DNA of 64,000 bases from Planctomycetota bacterium (GTDB taxonomy: Bacteria; Planctomycetota; Planctomycetia; Planctomycetales; Planctomycetaceae), in assembly GCA_043736295.1 (NCBI GenBank), contig JAYTCW010000164.1:223-64222 (forward strand). The letters are read 5' to 3'. Positions 8,469-19,200 of this stretch are shown one piece after another (position 1 is the stretch's first letter; every line of letters starts with the position of its first letter). Made by a program: the position numbers and the translations under genes. The notes below the pieces were generated by a model. That model did no database searches. It was given only the letters and a program-made list of their open reading frames with translations, and was not told the DNA's origin.

Positions 8469-10381
8469 TCTCCGAGGAATATGGCGAGGATGGTGTCTCG
8501 CTGCAGGTCTTGGTTCAACAGGCTGTTTCGTAGTTGCGAGGCTTGGCGTTCGGTTTCGGCCTGGAGTTGTCTCAGTGCCGATGTGAGGTCCGTTCGGCAC
8601 TCCTGATCGTGCCCTGCGAGCTTGATGATGCGTGCGGACAGAGTCGGTCCGTGTTCGATAAGGAGATCGTCCTCCGCGGAGACGAACATCTGGGCCGATC
8701 CCGGTTGACCTTGCCGGGCCCCGCGTCCGATCAGCTGTCGGTCGACTCGATGCGAGTCGTAGGGCTCAGAGCAGATGACATGCAGACCGCCCACCGCCAG
8801 AGTTGCGGGGGAGGGCTTGATGTCGGTCCCGCGTCCGGCCATGTGAGTGGCGATGGTGATGGCGCGGAGCTGGCCAGCGGCGGAGACGATTTCGGCTTCG
8901 TCTTTGTCTTGTCGCCCGTTGAGTAGTTCGAAGGGGAGCTTTCGCTCTCGCAGGAGTGCGGCCAATCTCTCGCTATTCGCGATGGAGCGCGTGCCCACCA
9001 GGATCGGCTGCCCGGTCAGGTGCCGAGAGGCGACCTCTTCGGCAATCGCATTCCATTTGGCCTGAGCCGTCGTGAAAAACCGCGTCGTCAAGATGTCTCG
9101 CTGAGTCGGAAGTCGCAGCGGGATTGGCTGGACATCGACTCGGTAGATCGACTGGAACTCACTCTCACCACCGGTCGCGGTTCCAGTCATCCCGCTGAGG
9201 GTGCGGTAGAGCCGCAGGAATCGCTGGCGAGTAATCCGAGCGAGCGAACTCGTGTCCGGTGTGATCCGCTGGCCCTCTTTAGCCAGGACGGCTTGGTGCA
9301 ATCCATCACTCCAGGTGCGGTCGGGCATGATGCGACCGGTGGAGCCGTCAACGATCTGCACCTCGTCGTCGTGGACGATGTACTCACGGTCACGCTGGAA
9401 GAGCAGGCGGGCCTTGAGCGCCGCTTCGACATACAGTGCCCAGGGACGGATGAGCACTTGAATGGGGATTTGATCGACCGCCGAGTGAGTCTTCTCGCGT
9501 CCTTGATGTGTCAGACGTACCAGCCCGCGTGACGGGTCGAACTCGTAGTCGAGCTGCGGTGCGAATTCATTCGCCAGTCGGAGGGCCACGCGATGTGCTT
9601 CCGCATCGGGAGCATCTCCCGGGGCCGCCTCGCTGATCAGCAACGGCGAGATGGCGTCGTCGAGCATGACGTGATCGGCTTCGTCGACTATTGCGAAGTG
9701 GAGTCCCCGCTGCATCGTGACACGCGGAGAGAGACCGCCCGTCAGTCGCTGCCGCACCAGTACTCCGAGAGCTGCGGCTTTCACTTGCCGCAGCGATATT
9801 TGGTCGCGGAGGTAGTCGAACCCAAACTCGAAGCCATTCCCGTAGACCACATCGCAATCGTACAGAGGCCGCTTGACCTCCGCCGGAGCTTGCTCAGGGA
9901 GGACTGCAACCGTGAGCCCCAGCATTTCAAAGACTGGACGCAGCTCTTCGCAGTCACGCTCGGCGAGGTAGCTGTTCGAGGTCATCACATGGACGCCGCG
10001 ACCGCTCAGGGCATGGACAAACGCGGGCGCCGCACCGGTCAGGGTCTTGCCTTCGCCGGTGGCCATTTCGGCAATGGCTCCTTGGGCCAAGACGAGTCCC
10101 CCCAGGAGTTGAGGATCGTGCAGCGTCTTCCCGGTGACACGGCGGATCGCTTCGAGTGTGAAGGCGAAACCCGATTCGAGAACCTCGGGAGACTGCATAT
10201 CTCCGCCGGACTCGACGTTCTCGCGGAGTTGGATGGCATAGCCTCGAAGTTGAGTATCACTCAATGAAGTGAGTCGCGAGGCAACTTCGCGGATGCGCGG
10301 AATCAGCGCAGCCAGATTCTCCGATCGCCCAGGGCGTCGTCTGACATGCGATCGGTCTGGGGTTTGTTGCTCCAGAACCAC
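8465..10381 (-). CDS. Truncated SecA-like ATPase (motor domains + preprotein-binding domain, no wing/two-helix-finger/C-terminal tail)
   Basis: Collinear with SecA: LGGLVLAQGAIAEMATGEGKTL (Walker A), VHVMTSNSYLAERD, LHFAIVDEADHVMLDDAISPLLIS, LSGMTGTA, GQPILVGTRSI, ITIATHMAGRGTDI and GGLHVICSEPYDSHRVDRQLIGRGARQGQPGS. The protein ends about 90 aa after the last motor motif, at 638 aa total. GTG start at 10381. Confidence 0.85.
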   Translation of the reverse strand: MVLEQQTPDRSHVRRRPGRSENLAALIPRIREVASRLTSLSDTQLRGYAIQLRENVESGGDMQSPEVLESGFAFTLEAIRRVTGKTLHDPQLLGGLVLAQGAIAEMATGEGKTLTGAAPAFVHALSGRGVHVMTSNSYLAERDCEELRPVFEMLGLTVAVLPEQAPAEVKRPLYDCDVVYGNGFEFGFDYLRDQISLRQVKAAALGVLVRQRLTGGLSPRVTMQRGLHFAIVDEADHVMLDDAISPLLISEAAPGDAPDAEAHRVALRLANEFAPQLDYEFDPSRGLVRLTHQGREKTHSAVDQIPIQVLIRPWALYVEAALKARLLFQRDREYIVHDDEVQIVDGSTGRIMPDRTWSDGLHQAVLAKEGQRITPDTSSLARITRQRFLRLYRTLSGMTGTATGGESEFQSIYRVDVQPIPLRLPTQRDILTTRFFTTAQAKWNAIAEEVASRHLTGQPILVGTRSIANSERLAALLRERKLPFELLNGRQDKDEAEIVSAAGQLRAITIATHMAGRGTDIKPSPATLAVGGLHVICSEPYDSHRVDRQLIGRGARQGQPGSAQMFVSAEDDLLIEHGPTLSARIIKLAGHDQECRTDLTSALRQLQAETERQASQLRNSLLNQDLQRDTILAIFLGE

Positions 10382-10506
10382 TCCAGCGACTCCGATCGGT
10401 ACTGCTGTGCCTCGACCGGCCTCCCTGCCTCATGACGGTACGACATCTCCGCCTTTACCTTCAGAATCCACTCCGGGAGTCTGGTGTCTCACTTCTTCCT
10501 TTCGTC

Positions 10507-10533
10507 TCTGTGGGACCACTTACACAGATTTAT
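10507..10533. promoter_or_regulatory. TCTGTG-N10-CACAGA palindrome sharing a 12-mer with the 5.5-kb heptad array
   Basis: TCTGTG (10507-10512) and CACAGA (10523-10528) lie in the 211-nt spacer between the TolC-like and SecA-like genes. ACACAGATTTAT at 10522-10533 is identical to 5615-5626. Confidence 0.45.
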
Positions 10534-10592
10534 CCGGGGCATGGGTCAGTTCCTCCCGGAACGGGGTGCCGGACTTTCCGAAGGTTCCGGTT

Positions 10593-12944
10593 TTACCAAC
10601 GTAGCCAGGAGCGACTCTTTGTGGGAGTCTCGCTGGTGCGCTGATCCTTCTTCTCTGGGGCCTTGGCCTTGGTGATCCCGGTCGACCGCGCGGGAACTTT
10701 GGGCTTGGTCAGCCCGGCCTGGGGAGGAATCAGTGTCTCCGCAGGAACCAGTGTCGGTTCGGGGTCAGAGGGAACCTCGACTTCGTATTTCAGCGGGTTC
10801 TCGAAAATCAACAGCGTGCCCATCGATCGCCGAACCCGAATCAACGCGATCGAGTACGACACCTGCGACTGGACGAACTCGCCTTCGGCATCGGCCAGCC
10901 GCTGCTGGGCATCGAGCAGATCTTCCAGCAGCAGGGTCGTCCCTCGGTCTGCACCGGGGAGCACCTTCCAGCGATCTTCGAGGTAACTCGACTCCGTCTC
11001 GGCGGCGATCAGTGCTTGGAATTTGCCGAGCATCTCGCGGTAGGAGGTCTCCGCCTCGCGGACAGAGAGTTCGACATCGGTTAGCCCGGTCTCCACAACC
11101 GTGCGGAAGTCGTAGACCGCTTTCGTCAATTCCCACTGCCGACGATCCTGGCGAGCTTTGGCCGCCCGGTTTCCGAGCGGCATCTCGAACTGCGTTCCCA
11201 CGGTGTAGCCCGGGCGACCGTCGGTATACTGGCTGCCGAGCGACTTTAGGATGTCATGATCGCCTTCCAGTCCCGCGACATAGGTGTTTAGCACCAGGTC
11301 GAGCTTGGGCAGGAGTTCGTTTTGAGACACACCGAGTCTCACTCCGGCCGCACGCAAGTCATGAACCGATTGCGAGATATCTGGGCGATACTGCAACGCA
11401 TTTTGAAGTGACCCCGCTAGCGACAAGGGCAGATGGTCGGTCCGCGGTGATTCGATGGGGACGAGTTCTGTCACTGAAAGATCGAGGTACTGAGGGGAGT
11501 TCACCAGCAGCCGCAAACGGGACTCGGCATTGCGAATCGCTGCTTGCGCTCGCACGATCTCCGAGCGACGACTGGCCACGGCTGCCTTCGCCCGATTCAC
11601 CTGTCGTTGCAAGGCGTCGATCTCTTCGCGACCACCAAGTGTTTCCAGGATGTACTGCGCACTGTCATAGACCTTGCGCCGCTGGAGATAGATTGCTCGC
11701 GAGCGGTAGAGGTCCCAGTACGTCTCGGTGACCTTCACTAAGTGATCTTGTAGCTCTTCCTGAACCACGTCAAACGACCTGTTGAGTTCGACTTGTGCCA
11801 GCACGATCCGTGCCTGGTTGTAGGCGACTCCTGATCCGTTCAGCAGTGGTTGGGTGTAGTTCAATTGGAGCCGACTGGTCCCTTGCGGGGCGGGAACGAA
11901 GAACTTGGAGTTGTTGTCCTGCCAACCCACCTTCTGCGAGATATCGAACTCGCCACCGTATTGATTCTTCCTACGGAGACCCGCTTGGACGGTGGCAATC
12001 TGTTCGACAAAACGGTTGGAATTATTCCCGGTCGTCAGCGTGTTCCCGACGGGGTCATTGAGATCACTCCATTTCGAATCGACAAACGTGGTCCAGTCGA
12101 AGGCAGCATTCTCCGCACTGAGAATGCTGTTGTTAATGTCGGGCTGGGTGCGGATTCCTAGAATCTGGGGAGAGTACTGCAGTGCCCCCGTCACGAGGGT
12201 GTCCACATCCACCGGGACTGTGGACTCGCTACGCCGGATCGGATTCGGCAATTCGTTGATCCACCACGGAACGTATCCGACCGGCAGCTGTGTCAGGTCA
12301 CCCGCTCGAACGTCCATGTCTTCTTCGACGGGAGACCGAGCCGCCCGGTCCTCGAACTCTGCTGTCCAGGGCAGTGCATCGGGATCTTGATTAGAGGGCA
12401 AGTACGGAGGGGCCAGTCCGGCAGCCTCCGACATCTCACTCGGCAGGTCACGGATCATGACCGGGACCACGCGAGCGTCAATCACTTCCCGAGGTGGCAA
12501 GGCCATCCGTTCCGGTTCTTGGTGACGGTCCCTCTTCTCAGTGGGGGGCAAACTCCGCTCGACTTTTTCGCTGGGCGGCGGCGGATCGTCCTCGTCGAGG
12601 CGTTCCACAACCGGCAGTTCCACTCGCTGGTCGTCCGAATCACTCGCCTGGGCGGGAAGTATTTCCGAGGTCTGCCTCGGGCGAACCGGAGGTCGCTTGG
12701 GAGCTGCACCGGTCCCCGGATACCCCAATCCGAGGGGGCGATTGGACGTGGCAGTCTTCCGACTGTGAGGTGTCGGAGCAGGAGCAGGTGCGTCGACCTC
12801 ATCCAAATCATCAAATACAGGTGCAAGTAACTGAATCACCGGCAGTTCTGGTGCCTGCGCTGGCTCACCCATCACGTGGGCTGCCATCCAGGCAGACGAC
12901 GTGATCGCGGCAGCAGTTGCAATCCATGCGTGGTGGCGTTCCAT
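10593..12944 (-). CDS. TolC-family outer-membrane efflux protein with a long Pro-rich N-terminal extension and a basic C-terminal tail
   Basis: Signal-like N-terminus MERHHAWIATAAAITSSAWMAAHVMG. About 200 aa are P/E/D-rich, followed by two OEP-type repeats (LQYSPQILGIRTQPD..., LQNALQYRPDISQSVHDLRAAGVRLGVSQNELLPKLDL...). Confidence 0.8.
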   Translation of the reverse strand: MERHHAWIATAAAITSSAWMAAHVMGEPAQAPELPVIQLLAPVFDDLDEVDAPAPAPTPHSRKTATSNRPLGLGYPGTGAAPKRPPVRPRQTSEILPAQASDSDDQRVELPVVERLDEDDPPPPSEKVERSLPPTEKRDRHQEPERMALPPREVIDARVVPVMIRDLPSEMSEAAGLAPPYLPSNQDPDALPWTAEFEDRAARSPVEEDMDVRAGDLTQLPVGYVPWWINELPNPIRRSESTVPVDVDTLVTGALQYSPQILGIRTQPDINNSILSAENAAFDWTTFVDSKWSDLNDPVGNTLTTGNNSNRFVEQIATVQAGLRRKNQYGGEFDISQKVGWQDNNSKFFVPAPQGTSRLQLNYTQPLLNGSGVAYNQARIVLAQVELNRSFDVVQEELQDHLVKVTETYWDLYRSRAIYLQRRKVYDSAQYILETLGGREEIDALQRQVNRAKAAVASRRSEIVRAQAAIRNAESRLRLLVNSPQYLDLSVTELVPIESPRTDHLPLSLAGSLQNALQYRPDISQSVHDLRAAGVRLGVSQNELLPKLDLVLNTYVAGLEGDHDILKSLGSQYTDGRPGYTVGTQFEMPLGNRAAKARQDRRQWELTKAVYDFRTVVETGLTDVELSVREAETSYREMLGKFQALIAAETESSYLEDRWKVLPGADRGTTLLLEDLLDAQQRLADAEGEFVQSQVSYSIALIRVRRSMGTLLIFENPLKYEVEVPSDPEPTLVPAETLIPPQAGLTKPKVPARSTGITKAKAPEKKDQRTSETPTKSRSWLRW

Positions 12945-13224
12945 GCCCGATGTGCCTTCCTTGGCCGGACCTCATCCGTCATCCATTGACGCGAGTTCTC
13001 AACGTTCCGTCCTTAGCTGCATCGACTTGATGATCGTCTGAAACCAGTCTCCGACGAGTCAAATCCTTTTTCAAGCTTTTGGCTGAGTTCGACGGTGTCA
13101 GGACTGTCAGAGTCGATGCGTTACCCATGATCGGGACACTGGGGAGACTCCGCACCGTCGATACAACCGCACCCCTGATACATCCGTTACGACACACAAG
13201 GTCACCCGCATTTGCCTCGCCACC

Positions 13225-16200
13225 ATGATCTGCAAACTAAGCTCTGTGCAGAACAGGCTTCCACTCGTCGATGGATCTCGCATGCTGACCGCATTACTTC
13301 GATGGATGAACCAATCTCGCAAGGATCAGCGAAAAACATCCGTCAACTCCTCGCGACTCCGTCAGTCGTCTGAGGAGTTGTACCGTCGCGCCTGTGACTT
13401 ACCACTTCCGCAGTCACTCCGGCAACTGTGGCAGGGAGAAATCCCTTCTCGTTCGTTACTCCTGGAATCGTTTGAAGATCGAGTGCTGTTCAGCGCAGCT
13501 CCTGCGCTGGCTCCCGCGCCGGTTGAGGTGGTGGTTGTGGCATCGCTTCAGGCCGTCGACTCAACGGCAGAACAAGTTCCAGCAATCATTCCCGAAACTG
13601 CTTCTGCCGCTGCAACAACGGACTCCATCGGAATACTGTCGAACACTTTAGACGCAGCTGATTCCGAGCAGACCGCAGCAGCGACACTCGTCGTCGTCGA
13701 CCCCAGCGTGCCGGATTACCAGTCGCTGCTCGACCAACTGCTGCTGCAGCAGTCTGGCCCGTTGGAGGTTCTGGTACTCGACTCGCAACGCGATGGACTG
13801 GAACAAATCGCCGAGCGACTGGCGCAGCTCGGCCAGACGCGGGCGATCCACATCTTGTCGCACGGCGATGAGGCTGGGCTGCATCTGGGCAGTAACTGGC
13901 TCAGTGCGGAGACCATCGCCATGCGAGCGAACACTCTCGCTCAGTGGCAGGGGTTGCTCACAGCGGATGCGGACGTGCTGTTCTACGGCTGTGATCTGGC
14001 GGCGAATTCGATGGGGCAGGAGTTCCTGCGGACGTTCGGCCAGCTGACCGGGGCCGATGTGGCAGCCAGCACCGACCCCACGGGAGCGGCCACACTGGGT
14101 GGGGATTGGAATCTGGAGTTCCAGTCTGGCTCGGTCGAGGCACGCTCCTTGGGCGAGTCGATGAACTTGTTCGAGTGGAACGGGCTGCTGACCACGAATA
14201 CTTATCAGCAGGGCGTGTCGAGCTACACGGGGACACAGGACACCACTATCAGTGCCTCAACACCGGGAACCGGTAATGGAGCATCGACCACCGTCACGAT
14301 CGGTGGAGCCTCGGCCAAAGCAGGCCTGATCCGATTTGACAGCTTGTTCGGGAATGGGCCAGGGCAGATTCCCCTCGGGTCGACGATCCACTCGGCCAGT
14401 CTCGGAGTCAACGTCACCACAGGAACGACGACGGAGTCCACGATCTCTCTGCATCGCGTACTCGCCAACTGGTCCGAAGCGTCGACGTGGACCAGCTTGG
14501 GAAGTGGGCTGTCTCGGGATGATGTCGAGGTCGCGACGGTGGCTGACTCGTTGGTGGAGAGTACCACCGCGACAGGGTTCCAGACGATCAAGGGACTGGA
14601 GGAATCGCTGCAAGCGTGGAGCGATGGCGAGGCCAACAGCGGCTGGGCTCTGTTTGGCGATAACGCCTCGGGTTGGACGTTCACCTCTTCCGAGGGAGCG
14701 ACATTGTCCCAGCGTCCGATGCTGATTGTGAACTACACTGCTCCCGTCGCCGTGGGCAGTCAAATCTCCACGACTGGTGAGGTGCGGGTCAACACGTCCA
14801 CGGCCAATACCCAATCGACAGCCACCAAGTCCCGCAACAGCCATGACGCCGTGGGCATTGACGCCCAGGGGAACACCGTCGTCGTCTGGACCAGCGACGC
14901 TCAGGACGGCAGCGGGGCCGGAGTCTACGCCCAGCGGTACAACGCGCGCGGCGTTCGCCTGGGGAGTGAGTTCCGGGTCAATGAGCAATCGGTCGATGAC
15001 CAGCACGGGGCTGCGGTGGCCATGAAGTCAGATGGCGGGTTCATCGTCACTTGGACCAGTGCCGGCCAGGACGGCAATGACCAGGGGATCTACGCCCGCA
15101 TCTTCGACTCACAGGGCAACTCTGCGAGTGAATTCCGCGTCAATCAAACGACCACCGGAGTTCAGCAGGCTCCCGCCATCGGTGTCGACAGCACCGGCAA
15201 CTTCGTGATTGCCTGGGAAGGGAATGGGGCTGGAGACAGTACCGGCATCTACGCCCGACGATTCCGAGCCAATGGCAACACGTTCGGCGGGGAGTTCTTA
15301 GTCAACACGGCAATGGCCAACACTCAAGCCGATGCGGCGATTGCTGTGGGCCAGGATGGCCAGTTCATGATCGTCTGGGATGACGCCATCGGGACACATG
15401 GTCGGAGATTCAACTCTTCCGGTGTGGCTCGGGATGCAAATGATCTCTTGTTGCACGCGGATTTCACCTCGGGGAACGCCGATGTCGCGACCAATGGAAC
15501 TGGGTCCTATCACATCGTCTGGAGAACAACTGGCAGCGGAGACGGGAGCGGCCGCGCTCTGTGGAAGATGGAACTGGGAGCCGTTGATACGATCCCCCCC
15601 CCCCCGGATCAGGTCACCACTTCAACGATTAACAGCCAGACTGAACCATCGATTACCAGTGATGGCAACGGCGATTTCCTCGTGACTTGGCAGGGGACCG
15701 GTCCGGGCGACACGGATGGCGTCTTCGCGAGGAAGTTCGATAGCGAAGGCACACCGCAAGGGGCCGAGTTCCGACTCAATGCCACGACCGCCGGGTCTCA
15801 GGTCTTCGTCTCGGCGGCGATGATCGATCTGGACAACTTCGTGGCGGTCTGGTCCGGCAATGGGACGGGGGATAACGCTGGGGTCTTTACGCGTGCCTAC
15901 GGCAACCTGACGACTGGCGACTCGCTGCTGTTCACGACGTGGAGTGATGTGAACTCGAGTGGGGCACCCGATCTGCAAAACTGGACCAAGGGGGATGTTG
16001 TCTCACTGGGCGATCCGAATCTCACCCTGGGCCCGAATGCCTCTGGCGCATTATCCATTGCGGGCAGCTTCAGTGCGATTGGGGACGGAGATGTGAAGCC
16101 GGAATCTCTGGATATCCTTCAGCATGACGTGCTGGTCGGAGCGGCGGGGAGTTCCGTACAACTCTACAAGGGCGATATCCTGTTTTCAGTCTTGGGCAAC

Positions 16201-19200
16201 GAGACCTTCGGAAGCCTCTCGGTGCAGACGGATGATGTCGTCGTCTTCCGTCCGGATGTCGTGGGGAGTTTCACCAGTGGGTCATTCTTCATCCTATTGG
16301 ACGGCCTCGAATCGATCGCGGGTGGGGCGATTGATTACCTGGCCGATGTCGACCTGATCGAGCAGACCACGCTCATCGGCGATGTCTTGTTACAGCCCGG
16401 CGACCTGGTGATCGCGGACATCGGCAATCTCGCCAGCTCGGTCGTCGTATTTCGCCCCACCAGCGTCGGGGCGGGAACGACCAGCGGGACCGTGACGACG
16501 TTGCTGAATGAGACCGAAATCCACCTCGATAAAGAAATCGTCGGAATTCAGGTGATCGAACGCGATACCGTGCTCGGGGGAGTCCAGCTGCGGCAGGGAA
16601 ACCTGATCGTGGCGGTCAACCTCAACAGCACTTTGGGAAGCAATGATCTCGCGGTCACGCTGCATGACGTGGCCCTGCTCGATGTGACCAAGACGAGCGT
16701 CAATGGTCCCGCGAACGTGACCGCCAGCATGCTGATCACCGGCTCTGATGTCTACCTCGATTCCGGCTCGGAAGCCGTTCGAAACCTGGCGCTGCTCTCC
16801 GTGCCGGGAGTCCCCCCGACCGTTCGCGATGAGACCTACACGCTGACCGAAGACGAGGTGTTCCACTCCGCGAATCAGTGGTACGACGCCAATTGGTCGT
16901 CGCGATTGCAACTGACGTTCGACAACTCGGCACGGGCGGAGAACCTGACCGACTTCCCGGTACTGGTGACCTTGGACTCGAATCGATTCGACTATGCCCT
17001 GGCTCAAAGCAATGGACAGGATCTGCGGTTCGTCGATGCCAATGGCCAGGTGCTTGCCTATGAGATTGAGACCTGGAACCCAGCCGGGCGCTCGGCGATC
17101 TGGGTCAAGGTGCCGCAGATTGATGCCAGCTCGAGTACCGATTCGATCTGGTTGTACTATGGCAATAGCTCCGCTCTGGCGGGCCAGAACCCGACCGCTG
17201 TCTGGTCGAATGGGTACGTGGGAGTCTGGCACCTGAATGGCGATCCATCGGGGACGCAGACGATCGCTGACTCGTCCTCCAGCAATGTCGATGGGACATC
17301 GATCGGAATGGATGCCACGAACCAGGTCAGCGGCCCCATCGGAGGGGCCTTGAAGTTCAACGGGGTGAACGAAGCGATTCGCGTGGCGACCACGTCGACC
17401 GATCCGACAGCTGTCGATCAGTCAGCACTGACGATCGAAGCCTGGGCGAACTCAACGGGCGACTCTGTGACAGCAGAGCGAATCATCAATCGTCGAAATA
17501 TAGTTTTCATCACGCCTTATGAATCGTATGGCTTGGCGACATCGTTCAGCGACCATACGCAAGTCGTCAACAGCACCGGGACACCAGATCTGACGGGTAC
17601 AACCGGTTCGCTCCCCGAAGACCGTTGGCGATACCTGACCGGTGTGCTTTCAGGTTCAACGTCCAGCCTCTACGTCGATGGGACGCTGAATGCGACCCAG
17701 ACAGGCGTGACCTCACTCGGGAGTAGTGACGACGATATCACCATTGGTGCCGGTGAGATGGGGTTCACGTCCACGCTCTCTCAATACTGGACCGGCGGCA
17801 TCGACGAGGTCCGACTCTCCAACGTCGCCCGCTCGGCGGCATGGACCGCCGCTCAATATGCGTCGATGACCGATACGCTGATTACCTATGGAGAGCGACA
17901 GACGGTCGCTGGGCTGCTGGACAATGATCAATCGGCGACCACGGGCGGCCTCGTTGTCACTAGCGTTGATCTCTCCGAGCTGACGGGAGTGGCCACAGCA
18001 CTGGTCCTCGACGATGGGCAGGTCTCATTCGTGCCTGGCGCGAGCTACCAGTCTCTCGCCGCAGGGCAGACTGTGTCGAAGGAGATCACCTATACCGCCA
18101 TCGACCAAAACGGAAACACGGACACCGCAACGGCCACGTTCGTGACTCACGGAGTCAATGATGCTCCAGTCATCAATACCGCAATCGGACCGCTGTCACT
18201 GTCCAGTGTGCTGGAGAACTCGACGAACCCACTCGGAAACACAGTCACGTCGATTCTGGCATCGGCAGGTGGCACGCTGATCACCGATGTCGACTCTGGA
18301 GCAGTGCGGGGGATTGCAATCACAGCTGTCGATACAGCAAACGGAACCTGGCAATACTCGCTCGATGGCACGACTTGGTCGAGCCTCACGGGAGTCAGCG
18401 ACACCAACGCGACTCTGCTCGACACCGCGTCTCGGCTGCGATTTGTCCCGACTGCTGGCTTCAGCGGAGCAGCGGGAGCAATCACGTTCCGAGCCTGGGA
18501 CCAGACCACTGGGACGAGCGCGCAGACCGGTGTCAATGTCTTAACAAATGGAGGCTCAACCGCCTTTAGCTCGCAAACCAGCACTGCGTCCATAACAGTC
18601 ACACCACTCAACACCCCTCCCGTAATCGTGACCAACTTCGGAATGACCGCTTTCGAAGGCAGTACAGCACTGTTAGGCAACACGCGACTGTCGGCGAGCG
18701 ATGTGGAGAACACCCCCACCCAACTGACCTATACGCTGACTGCATCGCCCACGAATGGCCGCATCGAACGAGTGGCAGCACCCGGCGTGGCGATCACGAC
18801 GTTCACACAGGCCGACTTGAACAGCAATGCGATCCGGTACATCCACGATGGCGGTGAAACCACCTCGGATGGTTTCAGCTTCTCGTTGAGCGATGGACTC
18901 GCTTCGGTCACCGGATCGTTCGCCATCACAGTCACTCCCGGAAACGACGCTCCGGTGGTTGCCGTGAATTCGAGCCTGACCGTCGTCGAAGGCGGGAACG
19001 GACTGCTGACGAATAGCAAGCTTTCGGCGAGCGATCCGGACAATACCGCTGCCCAACTCACGTACACGGTCAGCACGATCCCCGTGAATGGTCGCGTCGA
19101 GCGTGTCGCCGCACCGGGAATCACCATCACGTCATTCACGCAGGCCGAGATCAACAGCAATGCCATTCGCTACGTCCACAACGGTGGCGAGACCACTTCG

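Noticed and set aside
14257-17232. Several 150-280-aa minus-strand ORFs inside the giant adhesin gene (e.g. 14257-15006 and 16390-17232)
   Set aside because: They are antisense shadows of an uninterrupted 11-kb ORF with strong domain signatures, and they contain no motifs.
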